A DNA stretch of 64,000 nt from an uncultured Candidatus Rokubacteria bacterium (GTDB taxonomy: Bacteria; Methylomirabilota; Methylomirabilia; Rokubacteriales; CSP1-6): NCBI GenBank assembly GCA_963789955.1, contig CAWBMV010000022.1, positions 64,001-128,000 on the forward strand. The letters run 5' to 3'. The notes below the pieces were generated by a model. The model did no database searches. It saw only the letters and a list, made by a program, of their open reading frames with translations, and was not told where the DNA came from. Positions 53,678 through 63,330 of the stretch are shown here, piece after piece (position 1 is the stretch's first letter; each line of letters begins with the position of its first letter). A program made the position numbers and the translations under genes.

Positions 53678-55240
53678 GTGACGACCACGACGGACAGCGA
53701 GACTCAGGTTCCCGGCGGCGCGCCGGCTGAGCGGCTCCGCGTTCTGCTGGTCGACGACAACGCGTCCGTGCTCCGGTTCCTGGCGTCCGCGTTCTCGTCG
53801 AACGGATGTCAGGTCACGACGGCGGGGACTGCCGAGCAAGCCCTCGAGCAGCTGAGCGACGATCCCTACGACCTCGTGGTGTCCGACATCAAGATGCCGG
53901 GCCTGAGCGGCCTCGACCTGCTCCGCGCGGTCAAGGGCAAGCAGCCCGGAACGCCGGTGGTGCTGATCACGGGCGTGCCCTCGGTCAACTCGGCCGTCTT
54001 CGGACTGCGGCACGGCGCCTACGACTATCTGCCCAAGCCCTTCTCGGTCACCGAGGTGAAGGAGCTCATCCGTCGTCTCCGGCGCGACCGGGCCGACGGC
54101 AACGGCAACGTCAACTACCCGGCCGGGCTCACCGAAGAGCTGGCTAGGCGCCAGGGCGGCGTCGAGGCGATCTCGCGTATCGGTGAGGTGGCCCTGCAGG
54201 GTCTCGAGCCGAGCGTGTTCGCCGAGAAGGTGGTCGAGTACACGATGCAGAGCCTTCGCTGCGACGGCGCGCTCATGCTGCTCCGCGATCAGGGCGGGCA
54301 GTTCAACGCGAGCCGCAAGGGCGAGCCGTCGATGGTCGGCCAAATCCTGGCGCTCCTCCAGGCATCGTTCGGCGACGTGGTCAAGACCGGCGGCCGCGAG
54401 ACGCTCGTGCTCACCAAGCGCGAGCACGGCTTCGAGGCGCTCGCCGCGATGGTCCCGGGCGTGGGCGACGCGATGGGCATTCTCTGCGTCGGCCGCGCCG
54501 CCGAGCACGGCGGCTTTCTGCCTGACGAGAAGGCGCTCCTGCTCGGGTACGCGCAGACCACGGCGGTCGCGCTCCAGAAGCTGCTGCTGCGCGAGAACCT
54601 CGAAAAGAACCTGATCGATACGATCTCGTCCTTCGTCATCGCGCTCGAGTCGAAGGATCCGTACCTCAAGGGCCACTCAGCACGCGTATCCCTGTACTCG
54701 GGTGAGCTCGCGACGGTCATGGGTGTCCCGTCGGCGGATGTGGTCATGATGAGCCGGGCCGGCATGCTGCACGACCTCGGCAAGCTCGTGATCATGGACA
54801 ATATTCTCCGCAAGCCCCGGCAGCTTACCGAAGAAGAGTTCGAGCTGATCCGTACCCATCCGGTCGTGGGCGACAAGATCCTGAAGCCGCTCCGGTTCCT
54901 CGCCTGCGAGGCGAAGGCGGTGCGTCATCACCACGAGCGGTACGACGGCAAGGGCTATCCGGACGGCCTCAAGGGCGATGACATCCCGCTCATCGCGCGG
55001 GTCGTGACGGTTGCTGACGCCTTCGATGCGATGACGTCGGACCGCCCCTATCGGAGCAAGCGGCCGCTGGCGACAGCGCTGGAGGAGATCGGCAGCGGCG
55101 CCGGCACCCAGTTCGACCCGACGGCCGCCGACGCGTTCCTGACGATCCCGCTGGCGCGCCTCGAGCAGATCAGCCAACATCTCGATCTGCGGTCGCCGGC
55201 GATCGACTCGCCGATCTCGCCGCTGCTGGAGGTCCATTGA
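53678..55240 (+). CDS. REC-GAF-like-HD-GYP c-di-GMP phosphodiesterase
   Basis: REC; KDPY..GHS.RV, LHDLGK, HHERYDGKGYP, ADAFDAMTSDRPYR; AGGAG SD. Confidence 0.92.
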   Translation: MTTTTDSETQVPGGAPAERLRVLLVDDNASVLRFLASAFSSNGCQVTTAGTAEQALEQLSDDPYDLVVSDIKMPGLSGLDLLRAVKGKQPGTPVVLITGVPSVNSAVFGLRHGAYDYLPKPFSVTEVKELIRRLRRDRADGNGNVNYPAGLTEELARRQGGVEAISRIGEVALQGLEPSVFAEKVVEYTMQSLRCDGALMLLRDQGGQFNASRKGEPSMVGQILALLQASFGDVVKTGGRETLVLTKREHGFEALAAMVPGVGDAMGILCVGRAAEHGGFLPDEKALLLGYAQTTAVALQKLLLRENLEKNLIDTISSFVIALESKDPYLKGHSARVSLYSGELATVMGVPSADVVMMSRAGMLHDLGKLVIMDNILRKPRQLTEEEFELIRTHPVVGDKILKPLRFLACEAKAVRHHHERYDGKGYPDGLKGDDIPLIARVVTVADAFDAMTSDRPYRSKRPLATALEEIGSGAGTQFDPTAADAFLTIPLARLEQISQHLDLRSPAIDSPISPLLEVH

Positions 55241-55617
55241 CCGAGAGCTCCCGGCCGAAGATCCTCGTCGTCGACGACGCGGGCCCCGTCGTGATCCTGT
55301 GCGTCAACGTGCTGCAGGCGCTGGGATACGCGATCAGGGCCGCCAATCGTGGCGAGACGGCGCTCGACCTCTGCCGCAAGGAGCTGTTCGATCTCCTGGT
55401 GGTCGACTACAAGATGCCCGGGATGAACGGCTTCGAGGTGCTCGAGCAGGCCCGCCGGATTCGTCCCGGCATGGCGTGCATGCTGATGACGGCACACGGC
55501 ACCCCCGACATCATCAACGAGGCGACTCGCCTCGGCTTCGACTACATCCTGTTGAAGCCCTTCACGCCGTCGGAGCTCCGAGGGGCCGTCGACAAGGTCC
55601 TCGCGAGCAAAGCCTAG
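55237..55617 (+). CDS. single-domain response regulator
   Basis: ILVVDD, VDYKMPGMNG, MTA, KPF. Confidence 0.9.
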   Translation: MTESSRPKILVVDDAGPVVILCVNVLQALGYAIRAANRGETALDLCRKELFDLLVVDYKMPGMNGFEVLEQARRIRPGMACMLMTAHGTPDIINEATRLGFDYILLKPFTPSELRGAVDKVLASKA

Positions 55618-55628
55618 GAGATCGCAGG

Positions 55629-56426
55629 GTGCCGCCGAGCGCGCCCGCGATCCTGAAGGCGGAAGCGGCCGGAACGACCATCATGAAAGCGGCGGCCGAT
55701 GCGCTGCGCGGGTGGTTGGATCGCATGCTCTCAGTCGGCTACGGCGTGGTCTACGACTACGTCTACCCGCGCTTCAGCCACTATCAGCGACTCCAGGCGG
55801 AGGTGCGAGATCTGGTGGAAGCCGCGGTTCCCGCGCGAGTCGAGCGGCGCGACGTGCGGATACTGGAAGTGGCGTGCGGGCCGGGAAACTTCACCTGCGC
55901 GCTGGCCGAGGCCGGCTTCGCCGTCACCGGGCTCGACGCGTACGCCGCGCTCGTCGACGTGGCGAAGGAGAAGCGGCGCGCTCGCCACTTGGCCAACCTG
56001 GCCTTCCGTCACGGCGAGCTCACGCGGGGCAACACGTTCCGCGACGGGACCTTCGATCAGGTCGTCAGCATCCACTCCTTGTACGTTCATCCGGCGCCGG
56101 ATCGGCTGTTGCGCGAGGCCTATCGCGTCCTCAAGCCAGGGGGCCACGCCGTGTTCGTGAATCACACGCGACAGATCGGCCGGTGGTCCACCGTGCGCGA
56201 GCTCGCCCGCCGGGATGGCCTGGGCGCGGCGCTCCACGGCCTTCTGTGGGTGCTGCCCAATTCGATCTTCGAGGCGGTACGCCGACGGGTCGGCCCTCAC
56301 TACTGGGACGAAGACACGTTTTCCACGCAGGTGCGCCGTTCAGGGTTCTCGATCCTGGCGATGCGACGGACGTTTCTCGGAGACGCGAGCCTCCTGGTGT
56401 GGGCGCGGAAGAACGGTGAGAACTGA
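55629..56426 (+). CDS. class I SAM-dependent methyltransferase
   Basis: ILEVACGPG, FDQVVSIHSLY, YRVLKPGG. Confidence 0.88.
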   Translation: MPPSAPAILKAEAAGTTIMKAAADALRGWLDRMLSVGYGVVYDYVYPRFSHYQRLQAEVRDLVEAAVPARVERRDVRILEVACGPGNFTCALAEAGFAVTGLDAYAALVDVAKEKRRARHLANLAFRHGELTRGNTFRDGTFDQVVSIHSLYVHPAPDRLLREAYRVLKPGGHAVFVNHTRQIGRWSTVRELARRDGLGAALHGLLWVLPNSIFEAVRRRVGPHYWDEDTFSTQVRRSGFSILAMRRTFLGDASLLVWARKNGEN

Positions 56427-57224
56427 ATGAATCGCGGAGAGATCGCGCAACACCAATCGCAACCCCTCGCCGGCGTTTCGCCGGTCGCGGCCGCGGTGGG
56501 GGCGGGAGATCGTATGCCCTTTCGGGAAGCGCTCGAGCACATGATTGCCGTCACGTACGGCGTCACGTACGACGCCGTGGTGACGCATTTCCCGCCTTAC
56601 GAGGCGATGCTCGAGGAGATCGTCGCGTTCGTCGCCCGCTCGGCCCCGGACTCGACCGCGCCGCGCGCGACCCGCGTGCTGGACGTGGCGTGCGGGATCG
56701 GCAACGTGAGCCTCCGCCTGGCCAAAGAGGGCTACACCGTCGTCGGCATCGACGGCGTGAGACACCTGGTCGAGATCGCGCGCGAGAAGAGCTTCCCGCG
56801 CGGGACGAACCTGACCTTCCAGCACTTCGACATCGCGCGCGACAACGTGCCGGGCGCCGGAACATTCGACGTGCTGGTGAGCATGCACACGCTGTACTGG
56901 CATCCGAATCCGACGGCGCTCCTCGACTCGTGTCGGCGGGCGCTGAAGCCAGGCGGCCACGCGATCTTCCTGACCTACGGGCGCCCGGCCGGCCTCACGA
57001 CGTTCCACGACGTCCGCGCATCCCAGGGGCTTGGCGCGGCGGTCCGATCGCTGCGCTGGCTCCTGCCGACCATGGCGTTCGAGCTCTTCCGGGAGAGCGA
57101 GCACCGCTATCTGAGCGCGACCGAGTTTCATGAGACTCTCGGCCGCGCCGGCTTCGAAGTCCTCGAGGCCCGCCAGACGTTCCTGTCGGGTCTCAGCCGT
57201 CTCGCGTGGTGCCGCGCGAAGTGA
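56427..57224 (+). CDS. class I SAM-dependent methyltransferase, paralog of upstream gene
   Basis: VLDVACGIG, FDVLVSMHTLY, RALKPGG; shared YGV.YD N-term and RxTFL C-term. Confidence 0.9.
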   Translation: MNRGEIAQHQSQPLAGVSPVAAAVGAGDRMPFREALEHMIAVTYGVTYDAVVTHFPPYEAMLEEIVAFVARSAPDSTAPRATRVLDVACGIGNVSLRLAKEGYTVVGIDGVRHLVEIAREKSFPRGTNLTFQHFDIARDNVPGAGTFDVLVSMHTLYWHPNPTALLDSCRRALKPGGHAIFLTYGRPAGLTTFHDVRASQGLGAAVRSLRWLLPTMAFELFRESEHRYLSATEFHETLGRAGFEVLEARQTFLSGLSRLAWCRAK

Positions 57225-57310
57225 GCGCGACCGAGGTGATGGTGGCGCGGTGCATCGCTGGCGAAGCACCGGGGCTCGTCCCGGACTCCGTGACGACGAG
57301 GTGCCGTACG

Positions 57311-58009
57311 ATGTGGACGCGCGTGAGCTCGATGGTGCTGGTGACCGCGGTGATGCTGGTGGGACCGGCGCTCGGGACGAGCGAGGCCACGCATGGCGGC
57401 GACGGCTCTCGGCCGGACGCCGTTTTCTACGAGCTGACGGAGGAAGTGGTGCTCAGGCCGGACGGCTTCCGCGACGCAACCTCCGCGCTCGAGGGCAAGG
57501 CCCGGGAAGGATCGGCGCTCTGTCCGGATGGGCTCCAGGCGTACGCGAAGCAGTTCTTCCCCGAGGCCGTCGCCGTGAAGACGACCCCCCGCTGCCGGGT
57601 CGTCGCGATCGGTCGCAGCGTGATCGACGTGAACCCCGACAGTCCCGGATTCGGCAGCGGGGAGATCAGCGGGTACTTCTGGGTGGTGGTCAACAGCGTG
57701 GCGACGAATCTGACCGACGCGGCGGAGCTCGTCGTCATGAACGGTACCTTCACGGGCCAGATCCAGGTGGCGGATACGGACGGTCGGATCATCGAAATCC
57801 TGCCGGGGAGCGTGTTCACGCCGACCAGCGTGTTGCCCGGGTTCCCACGCCCGCACAATGCGCACGTTCACCGGCACGTTCCGGCTGCCCGTTCACCGTC
57901 CATCACGTCGCGGTGTACCAGAGCGATCGCGGGACGGTTGGTGCCGGTGCTGCCCGACGAGCGCGCACTCGGCGACCCGACCGTGCGCGTCGAGGTGGAC
58001 TTCGATTAA
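57311..58009 (+). CDS. secreted hypothetical protein (compensating frameshifts ~57850-57935), paralog of 63331
   Basis: signal peptide; PDAVFYELTE, LCP, TDAAELVVMNGTF.G, FTGTFRLP, DERALG. Confidence 0.75.
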   Translation: MWTRVSSMVLVTAVMLVGPALGTSEATHGGDGSRPDAVFYELTEEVVLRPDGFRDATSALEGKAREGSALCPDGLQAYAKQFFPEAVAVKTTPRCRVVAIGRSVIDVNPDSPGFGSGEISGYFWVVVNSVATNLTDAAELVVMNGTFTGQIQVADTDGRIIEILPGSVFTPTSVLPGFPRPHNAHVHRHVPAARSPSITSRCTRAIAGRLVPVLPDERALGDPTVRVEVDFD

Positions 58010-58030
58010 CGCACTGGCACTGCTAGGGGA

Positions 58031-58708
58031 ATGATCGCCGTGGAAGAGATGCCGTCCGTGTCACGGAGGCCCGACGCGAGAAGGGCGCGCCGCACGGGTG
58101 TGGTCTCGCGGGGCATGCGCGTCTATCTGCGGACCTTGCGCCCCGAGGACCTCGAGTATCTCTCGAACTGGGCGGAGGATCCGTTCCTCGAACGCATGGT
58201 CGGCAGCGAGTTCCTGAACACCTACAAGCACGTCTACGACAAGGACCCCTCGTTCTACGAGGCGTGCCTCATGGATTCGACCCAGATCGTGCTCGTCATC
58301 GAGGCCGAACCCGAATGGGCCACGCCGCTCGGGATCGCGCGCCTGTTCAACATTCATCTTCTGGAAGGCTACGCGTTCCTGGAGGTGATGCTGACCGACG
58401 CGAAGGCGATCCGTCGGGGATTTGGGGTGGAGGCCGGCAAGCTGATCTCGTACTATGGGGTCGACGTGCTGGGGCTTCGACGTATCGAGGCCAAAGTGTA
58501 CGAATACAATCGGCTGAGCGCCAACTCGCTACGGCGCAATGGCTTCCGGCAGGAGGGCATCCTCCGCAAGGCCGGATACCAGGATGGTCAGTGCTGGGAC
58601 ATGCTCGTCTTCGGCATCCTGGAACAGGAGATCGAACAGCAGCGCAAGAAGGACCGGGTGTATCTCCCTCTCGACGGTCCCGAGGGGGACGCGCGTGACG
58701 CTACATAA
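58031..58708 (+). CDS. GNAT acetyltransferase, RimJ/RimL-like
   Basis: YLRTLRPEDL, RRGFG.EA, LGLRRIEAKVYEYN..S...L..GF.QEG.LR. Confidence 0.88.
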   Translation: MIAVEEMPSVSRRPDARRARRTGVVSRGMRVYLRTLRPEDLEYLSNWAEDPFLERMVGSEFLNTYKHVYDKDPSFYEACLMDSTQIVLVIEAEPEWATPLGIARLFNIHLLEGYAFLEVMLTDAKAIRRGFGVEAGKLISYYGVDVLGLRRIEAKVYEYNRLSANSLRRNGFRQEGILRKAGYQDGQCWDMLVFGILEQEIEQQRKKDRVYLPLDGPEGDARDAT

Positions 58709-60815
58709 CTTCCTCCCGCTCCTCGCGCTGATCCTCAACGTCTCCCTCGCGGGGATCACGCTCCTGCGCAACTCCGGGAGCCGGCTGAACCGTCTGTTCG
58801 CGTACTTCGTGGGCGGGATGGCCGTCTGGAACCTGGGCGTCTTCATGCTGCGCCGCGCGCCGGACGAGCCGACGGCCGTGTTCTGGGAGATCGTGATCCA
58901 CACGGGAGTCATCGCGCTCCCGGCCTTCTACTACCACTTCGTCCTGATCTTCCTCGAGAGCACGACGCGCCATCGAACCTCGCTGGTCGTGGCCTACACG
59001 CTCGCGATCGTGTTCAACATCATCAACGTCAGCGGCTCGCCGCTCTTCATGAGCGGCGTGAAGTCGACGTACTGGGGATGGGCGCCGGCGACCGGCCCGC
59101 TCTACACGCCGTTCTTCATCTACTTCAACTTCTTCCTGATCTACGGCTTGCTGCACCTGATCCGGGTCTACAAGGACATCGAATCGAGCTTCCGCCGAAA
59201 CCGCGCGACGCTCATCCTGCTCGGCACCGGCGTGAGCCTGATCGGCGGCGTCATCGACTTCGCCCGGTTCATCCTCACGCGGTTCGTGCCGGCGGCGGAC
59301 CTCGTGTACCCGATGGGGATCCCGGCGAACATGATCTTCGCGCTGATGCTCGGCACGTCGATCGTTCGCTACCGTCTCTTCGACGTCAACGTGCTGGTGA
59401 AGAAGGGCGCGATCTATCTGCTCCTGTGGGGCGTGCTGACCGGCACCCTGGTCACGGCGGAGTCGTACGCCGACTGGGATCAAGTCAACCCGCTCTGGGT
59501 CATCCTGCCGCTCGGCTTCATCTTGACGATGCTGGTGAGCCCGATCGGCCAGCGGCTCGAGGAGCGCATCGAGCGCCTGATGTTCAGCCGGCGCCGGGGT
59601 TGCTACGAGACCTTGCTGGACCTCAGCAAGCGGATGGGCTCGATCCTCGATTTCGGCCGCCTCATGGAGACGCTCGTGCACGGCCTCGTGCGCGGGGTCC
59701 CGCTGACCCACTGCGTCCTGATGATCTTCGACCCGCAGCGTAGCGCGTTCGTCGTCTACCGCGAGGACACGACGGTCGGTGAGGGCGCCGGCATCGCGTC
59801 GATCCGGGTCGACAGCCCGATCGTCCAGTGGCTGAACCAGAAGGGCCGCGTGCTGGTCAAGGAAGAGGCGAAGCTCAATCCCGAGATCGCCGCCTACTTC
59901 GAGACGGCCGAGAACGAGCTCGACGCGATCAAGGCGGCGCTGATCGTGCCGCTGAAGATCGAGGGCAAGCTCACCGGTATCCTGCTGGTCGGCGAGAAGC
60001 TCTCCGGCGACATCTTCGACGATCAAGAGCTCGAAGTGCTCGCGGTGCTCGCCAACCAGGTCGCGATCTCGCTGGAGAATGCGCGGCTCTACGAAGAGCT
60101 CTCGAACTCCAACGCCCAGCTCATGCAGGCCAGCCGGCTGAAGTCCCAGTTCCTGGCGAGCATGTCGCACGAGCTCCGGACCCCGCTGAACTCGATCATC
60201 GGGTTCTCGAAGGTGCTGCTCAACCGGCTCGACGGCGAGCTCACCGAGCGGCAGGAGACCTACATTCGCTCGGTCCACAACAGCGGCGCGCACCTCCTGC
60301 AGCTGATCAACGGCATTCTGGACTTCTCCCGTATCGAAGCGGGCAAGCTCGAGATGCTGTCCGAAGAGATCGACCTGCACGAGCTCGTCGACGAATGCAT
60401 CGAGTCGTCGATGCCGCTGGGCCGCGGCAAGCAGCTCAAGATCGAGAAGAACGTGCCGCTCGAGCTGCCGCCGCTGTCGGCCGACCGCACGAAGCTCAAG
60501 CAGATCCTGCTCAATCTGCTCTCGAACGCGATCAAGTTCACCGCGCAGGGTCGGGTGCTGGTCAGTGTCGTCGCCGAGCCGGACGCCGTCCGGCTCAGCG
60601 TGGCCGACACCGGCATCGGGATCCGCGAGGACGACCTGGCGCGGCTGTTCGAGCCGTTCCAGCAGCTCGACAACCCGGTCGCCCGCAGCGCCGGAGGCAC
60701 GGGCCTCGGGCTGGCGATCAGCAAGAAGTTCGTCGAGCTCCACGGCGGCCGCATCTGGGCGGAGAGCCGTGAGAACCAGGGCTCGACGTTCCATTTCACG
60801 CTCCCGTTGATCTGA
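58695..60815 (+). CDS. 7TM (HisKA_7TM-like)-GAF histidine kinase
   Basis: multi-TM N-term ending IVRYRLFD, GAF (LGEK.SG..F...E.E.L), SHELRTPLN, NLLSNAIKFT, GGTGLGL. Confidence 0.92.
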   Translation: MTLHNFLPLLALILNVSLAGITLLRNSGSRLNRLFAYFVGGMAVWNLGVFMLRRAPDEPTAVFWEIVIHTGVIALPAFYYHFVLIFLESTTRHRTSLVVAYTLAIVFNIINVSGSPLFMSGVKSTYWGWAPATGPLYTPFFIYFNFFLIYGLLHLIRVYKDIESSFRRNRATLILLGTGVSLIGGVIDFARFILTRFVPAADLVYPMGIPANMIFALMLGTSIVRYRLFDVNVLVKKGAIYLLLWGVLTGTLVTAESYADWDQVNPLWVILPLGFILTMLVSPIGQRLEERIERLMFSRRRGCYETLLDLSKRMGSILDFGRLMETLVHGLVRGVPLTHCVLMIFDPQRSAFVVYREDTTVGEGAGIASIRVDSPIVQWLNQKGRVLVKEEAKLNPEIAAYFETAENELDAIKAALIVPLKIEGKLTGILLVGEKLSGDIFDDQELEVLAVLANQVAISLENARLYEELSNSNAQLMQASRLKSQFLASMSHELRTPLNSIIGFSKVLLNRLDGELTERQETYIRSVHNSGAHLLQLINGILDFSRIEAGKLEMLSEEIDLHELVDECIESSMPLGRGKQLKIEKNVPLELPPLSADRTKLKQILLNLLSNAIKFTAQGRVLVSVVAEPDAVRLSVADTGIGIREDDLARLFEPFQQLDNPVARSAGGTGLGLAISKKFVELHGGRIWAESRENQGSTFHFTLPLI

Positions 60816-60831
60816 GGAGAAGAGGCGCCGA

Positions 60832-63039
60832 ATGCCGGCACGTCCAGCCCCAGCCGATCAGAAGGTGAAGATCCTCTACATCGAGGACAACCGCGAGAAC
60901 CGGATGCTCGTCCGGGCGGTGCTCGAGGCAGCGGGTTACCTGATCGTCGACGCCGAGGACGGCCTGGCCGGGATCGAGGCGGCCATCCGCGAGGAGCCGG
61001 CGCTGATCCTGCTCGACATCAACCTGCCGGGGGTCGACGGCTACGAGATCGTCGCGATCTTGAAGTCGTTCCCGAATCTGGCCTCGACGCCGGTGATCGC
61101 GGTCACGGCGTACGCGATGCAGGGCGATCGGCAGCGCACCCTGGTGGCCGGCTGCGACGGCTACATCCAGAAGCCCATCGACGTCGACGCGTTCCCCCGC
61201 CAGGTCGCCGAGTTCCTGGGGGGCAAGCGCGAACGAGTCGAGAGCCACGACGAAGGCGTCTACCTGCGCGAGCTGAACCAGCGGCTCGTCTACCGCCTGC
61301 TCAATCAGGTCGAGGAGCTCAAGCGGCTGAATCAGCACTTCGTGCGGCGCGCCTCACAGCTCGAGGATCTCCACCGCTCGATGGAAGACATCACCTCCGA
61401 GCTGGGCGTCGCCGCGATGCTCGAGAAGCTTCTGGGCGGCCTCGCCCGCGCGGTCGGCAGCACCAGCCTCAGCGTCGAGCTCAGCGAGCCCCCGGGCATT
61501 CACGTCTCCGTGCGCCATGACACCGGAGCTCAGCCGCGGGGCGTGCTGGCCGGCTCGGGCGGCCCGTCGGCGGACGACTGGACCGAAGTCGAGTGGCGGC
61601 TGCCCCTCACGGTGCGCGGTCGCCCCCTCGGGGTGATGATCGCCCGGCACGTGCTGCCTCCCGGCGCGAAGGCCGACGAGGAACAGCTCCTGAAGATCGT
61701 CGCCGACCAGGTGGCGATCGCCGTCGAGAACGCGCGGCTGTACGAAGGCGTCAAGCTCCTCCACGAGGAAACGCAGGAGCGCTTGCGCCACACGGAGACC
61801 TTGCTCGCGGTGAGCCAGGACGCCAGCGCGACCCTGGAGCTGAACGAGATCTTGCGCCGCACGACGCGCGCGATGGTCCGGGCGCTCGGCGCCGATACCG
61901 GCGGAGCGTGGCTCCAAAGCGAAGACGGAAGCCGCTTCGTGCCGATCGTCGGCTATCACGTGCCCAAGGAGCTCCTCGGGGCGGTCGAGAGCGCCACGCT
62001 CAAGGCGCTCGATCCCCGCGTGAGCGACTGGCGGCGGGTCGAGGGCCCGGTGTACTCCAGCAACAGCCAGGAGGACGCGCGCTTCGATCATCCGCTCGCG
62101 CGCATGATTCCGCACAAGTCGGTCCTCATCCAGCCGATGCGCTGGAAGGGCGAGAGCATCGGCGGATTCGCGCTCGCGTGGCTGAAGGATCATCACCGCT
62201 TCACCTCGGACGAGCTGCGGCTCGCCGAGGCGATCGCGCTCCAGGCGGCCGTCGCCAGCGAGAACTCGCGGCTCTACGAGGCCGAAAAGCAGCAGGTGGC
62301 CGAGCTCAAGCGGACGCAGGCCCAGCTGATCCAGTCGACGAAGCTCGCCGCGATCGGCGAGCTGGCCGCCAACATCGCGCACGAGATCAACAACCCGCTG
62401 ACCAGCGTGCTCGGCTTCGCGTCGTATCTCGCCGAGCAGGTGCCGCCCGGTCAGCCGTGGCGCGAGGAGCTCGATCTCATCCAGGAGGAAGCGGGGCGCG
62501 CCCGTGACATCGTGCGGGACCTGCTGCACTTCAGTCGCCAGCGTGAGTTCATCCCGCAGATCACCGATCTCAACACCGTGCTGGAGCAGACGCTGGCCAT
62601 GGTGCGTCGCCAGGGCGCGCTGGAGTCGATCACGCTCCGCGAGGAGTACGCGTCGGGCCTGGCTCCGGTCGAGGTCGACGTCCCGCGTATCAAGCAGGTG
62701 TTCCTGAATCTCATCAACAACGCGGTCTACGTGATGAAGGATCGCGGCGGCTCGCTCACGATCCGATCGTCGGCCAGCGGCGACATGGTGCAGGTCGAGG
62801 TGATCGATACCGGAACCGGCATCGCGCCGGACCACATGCATCGCATCTTCGAGCCGTTCTTCACGACCAAGCCGGAAGTCAGCGGCACGGGCCTGGGCCT
62901 CTCCGTGAGTCTCGGCATCGTGGAGAGCCACGGCGGCTCGATCGAAGTTCAGAGCGAGGTCGGCAAGGGCTCGACGTTCACGGTCAAGCTTCCGGCAAAG
63001 CCCGGCGCGACGATCGAAGAGCCGGATTCCGAGCTCTAG
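60832..63039 (+). CDS. REC-GAF-GAF-histidine kinase
   Basis: IEDN..LLDINLP..KPI; two GAFs ending AVENARLY/ASENSRLY; AHEINNPL, FEPFFTTK, GTGLGL. Confidence 0.93.
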   Translation: MPARPAPADQKVKILYIEDNRENRMLVRAVLEAAGYLIVDAEDGLAGIEAAIREEPALILLDINLPGVDGYEIVAILKSFPNLASTPVIAVTAYAMQGDRQRTLVAGCDGYIQKPIDVDAFPRQVAEFLGGKRERVESHDEGVYLRELNQRLVYRLLNQVEELKRLNQHFVRRASQLEDLHRSMEDITSELGVAAMLEKLLGGLARAVGSTSLSVELSEPPGIHVSVRHDTGAQPRGVLAGSGGPSADDWTEVEWRLPLTVRGRPLGVMIARHVLPPGAKADEEQLLKIVADQVAIAVENARLYEGVKLLHEETQERLRHTETLLAVSQDASATLELNEILRRTTRAMVRALGADTGGAWLQSEDGSRFVPIVGYHVPKELLGAVESATLKALDPRVSDWRRVEGPVYSSNSQEDARFDHPLARMIPHKSVLIQPMRWKGESIGGFALAWLKDHHRFTSDELRLAEAIALQAAVASENSRLYEAEKQQVAELKRTQAQLIQSTKLAAIGELAANIAHEINNPLTSVLGFASYLAEQVPPGQPWREELDLIQEEAGRARDIVRDLLHFSRQREFIPQITDLNTVLEQTLAMVRRQGALESITLREEYASGLAPVEVDVPRIKQVFLNLINNAVYVMKDRGGSLTIRSSASGDMVQVEVIDTGTGIAPDHMHRIFEPFFTTKPEVSGTGLGLSVSLGIVESHGGSIEVQSEVGKGSTFTVKLPAKPGATIEEPDSEL

Positions 63040-63172
63040 ACGCGAGCCGGTTCTCTCCGAGCCTCGTTAAGTTTCTATTCGCTAGCACGTTCCTCGGCAA
63101 TCGCTCGTAAGCTGTTGAATTCCATGAGAACTCACTGGTAAAAACGCGATTTCCGGATGAAAAACGACAATA

Positions 63173-63240
63173 AATCAATCACTTACGGATATTAAACTCC
63201 GGAAAGACCAGCACCGAAATCTAATCTAATCAGTAACTTA
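63173..63240 (+). promoter_or_regulatory. two IHF-consensus sites
   Basis: AATCAATCACTTA (63173-63185) and AATCAGTAACTTA (63228-63240) match WATCARNNNNTTR. Confidence 0.6.
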
Positions 63241-63255
63241 CGAATCAAATCTCGT

Positions 63256-63271
63256 TGGTCCCCGCCTTGCA
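63256..63271 (+). promoter_or_regulatory. sigma54 -24/-12 promoter
   Basis: TGGTCCCCGCCTTGCA (GG-N10-GC), similar to the 52144 site. Confidence 0.7.
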
Positions 63272-63330
63272 CTACCTCCCGTTGGCTGTAGCTGTTCAAC
63301 CCTTAGATGCGGCGACGAGGAGAGAGAGCA

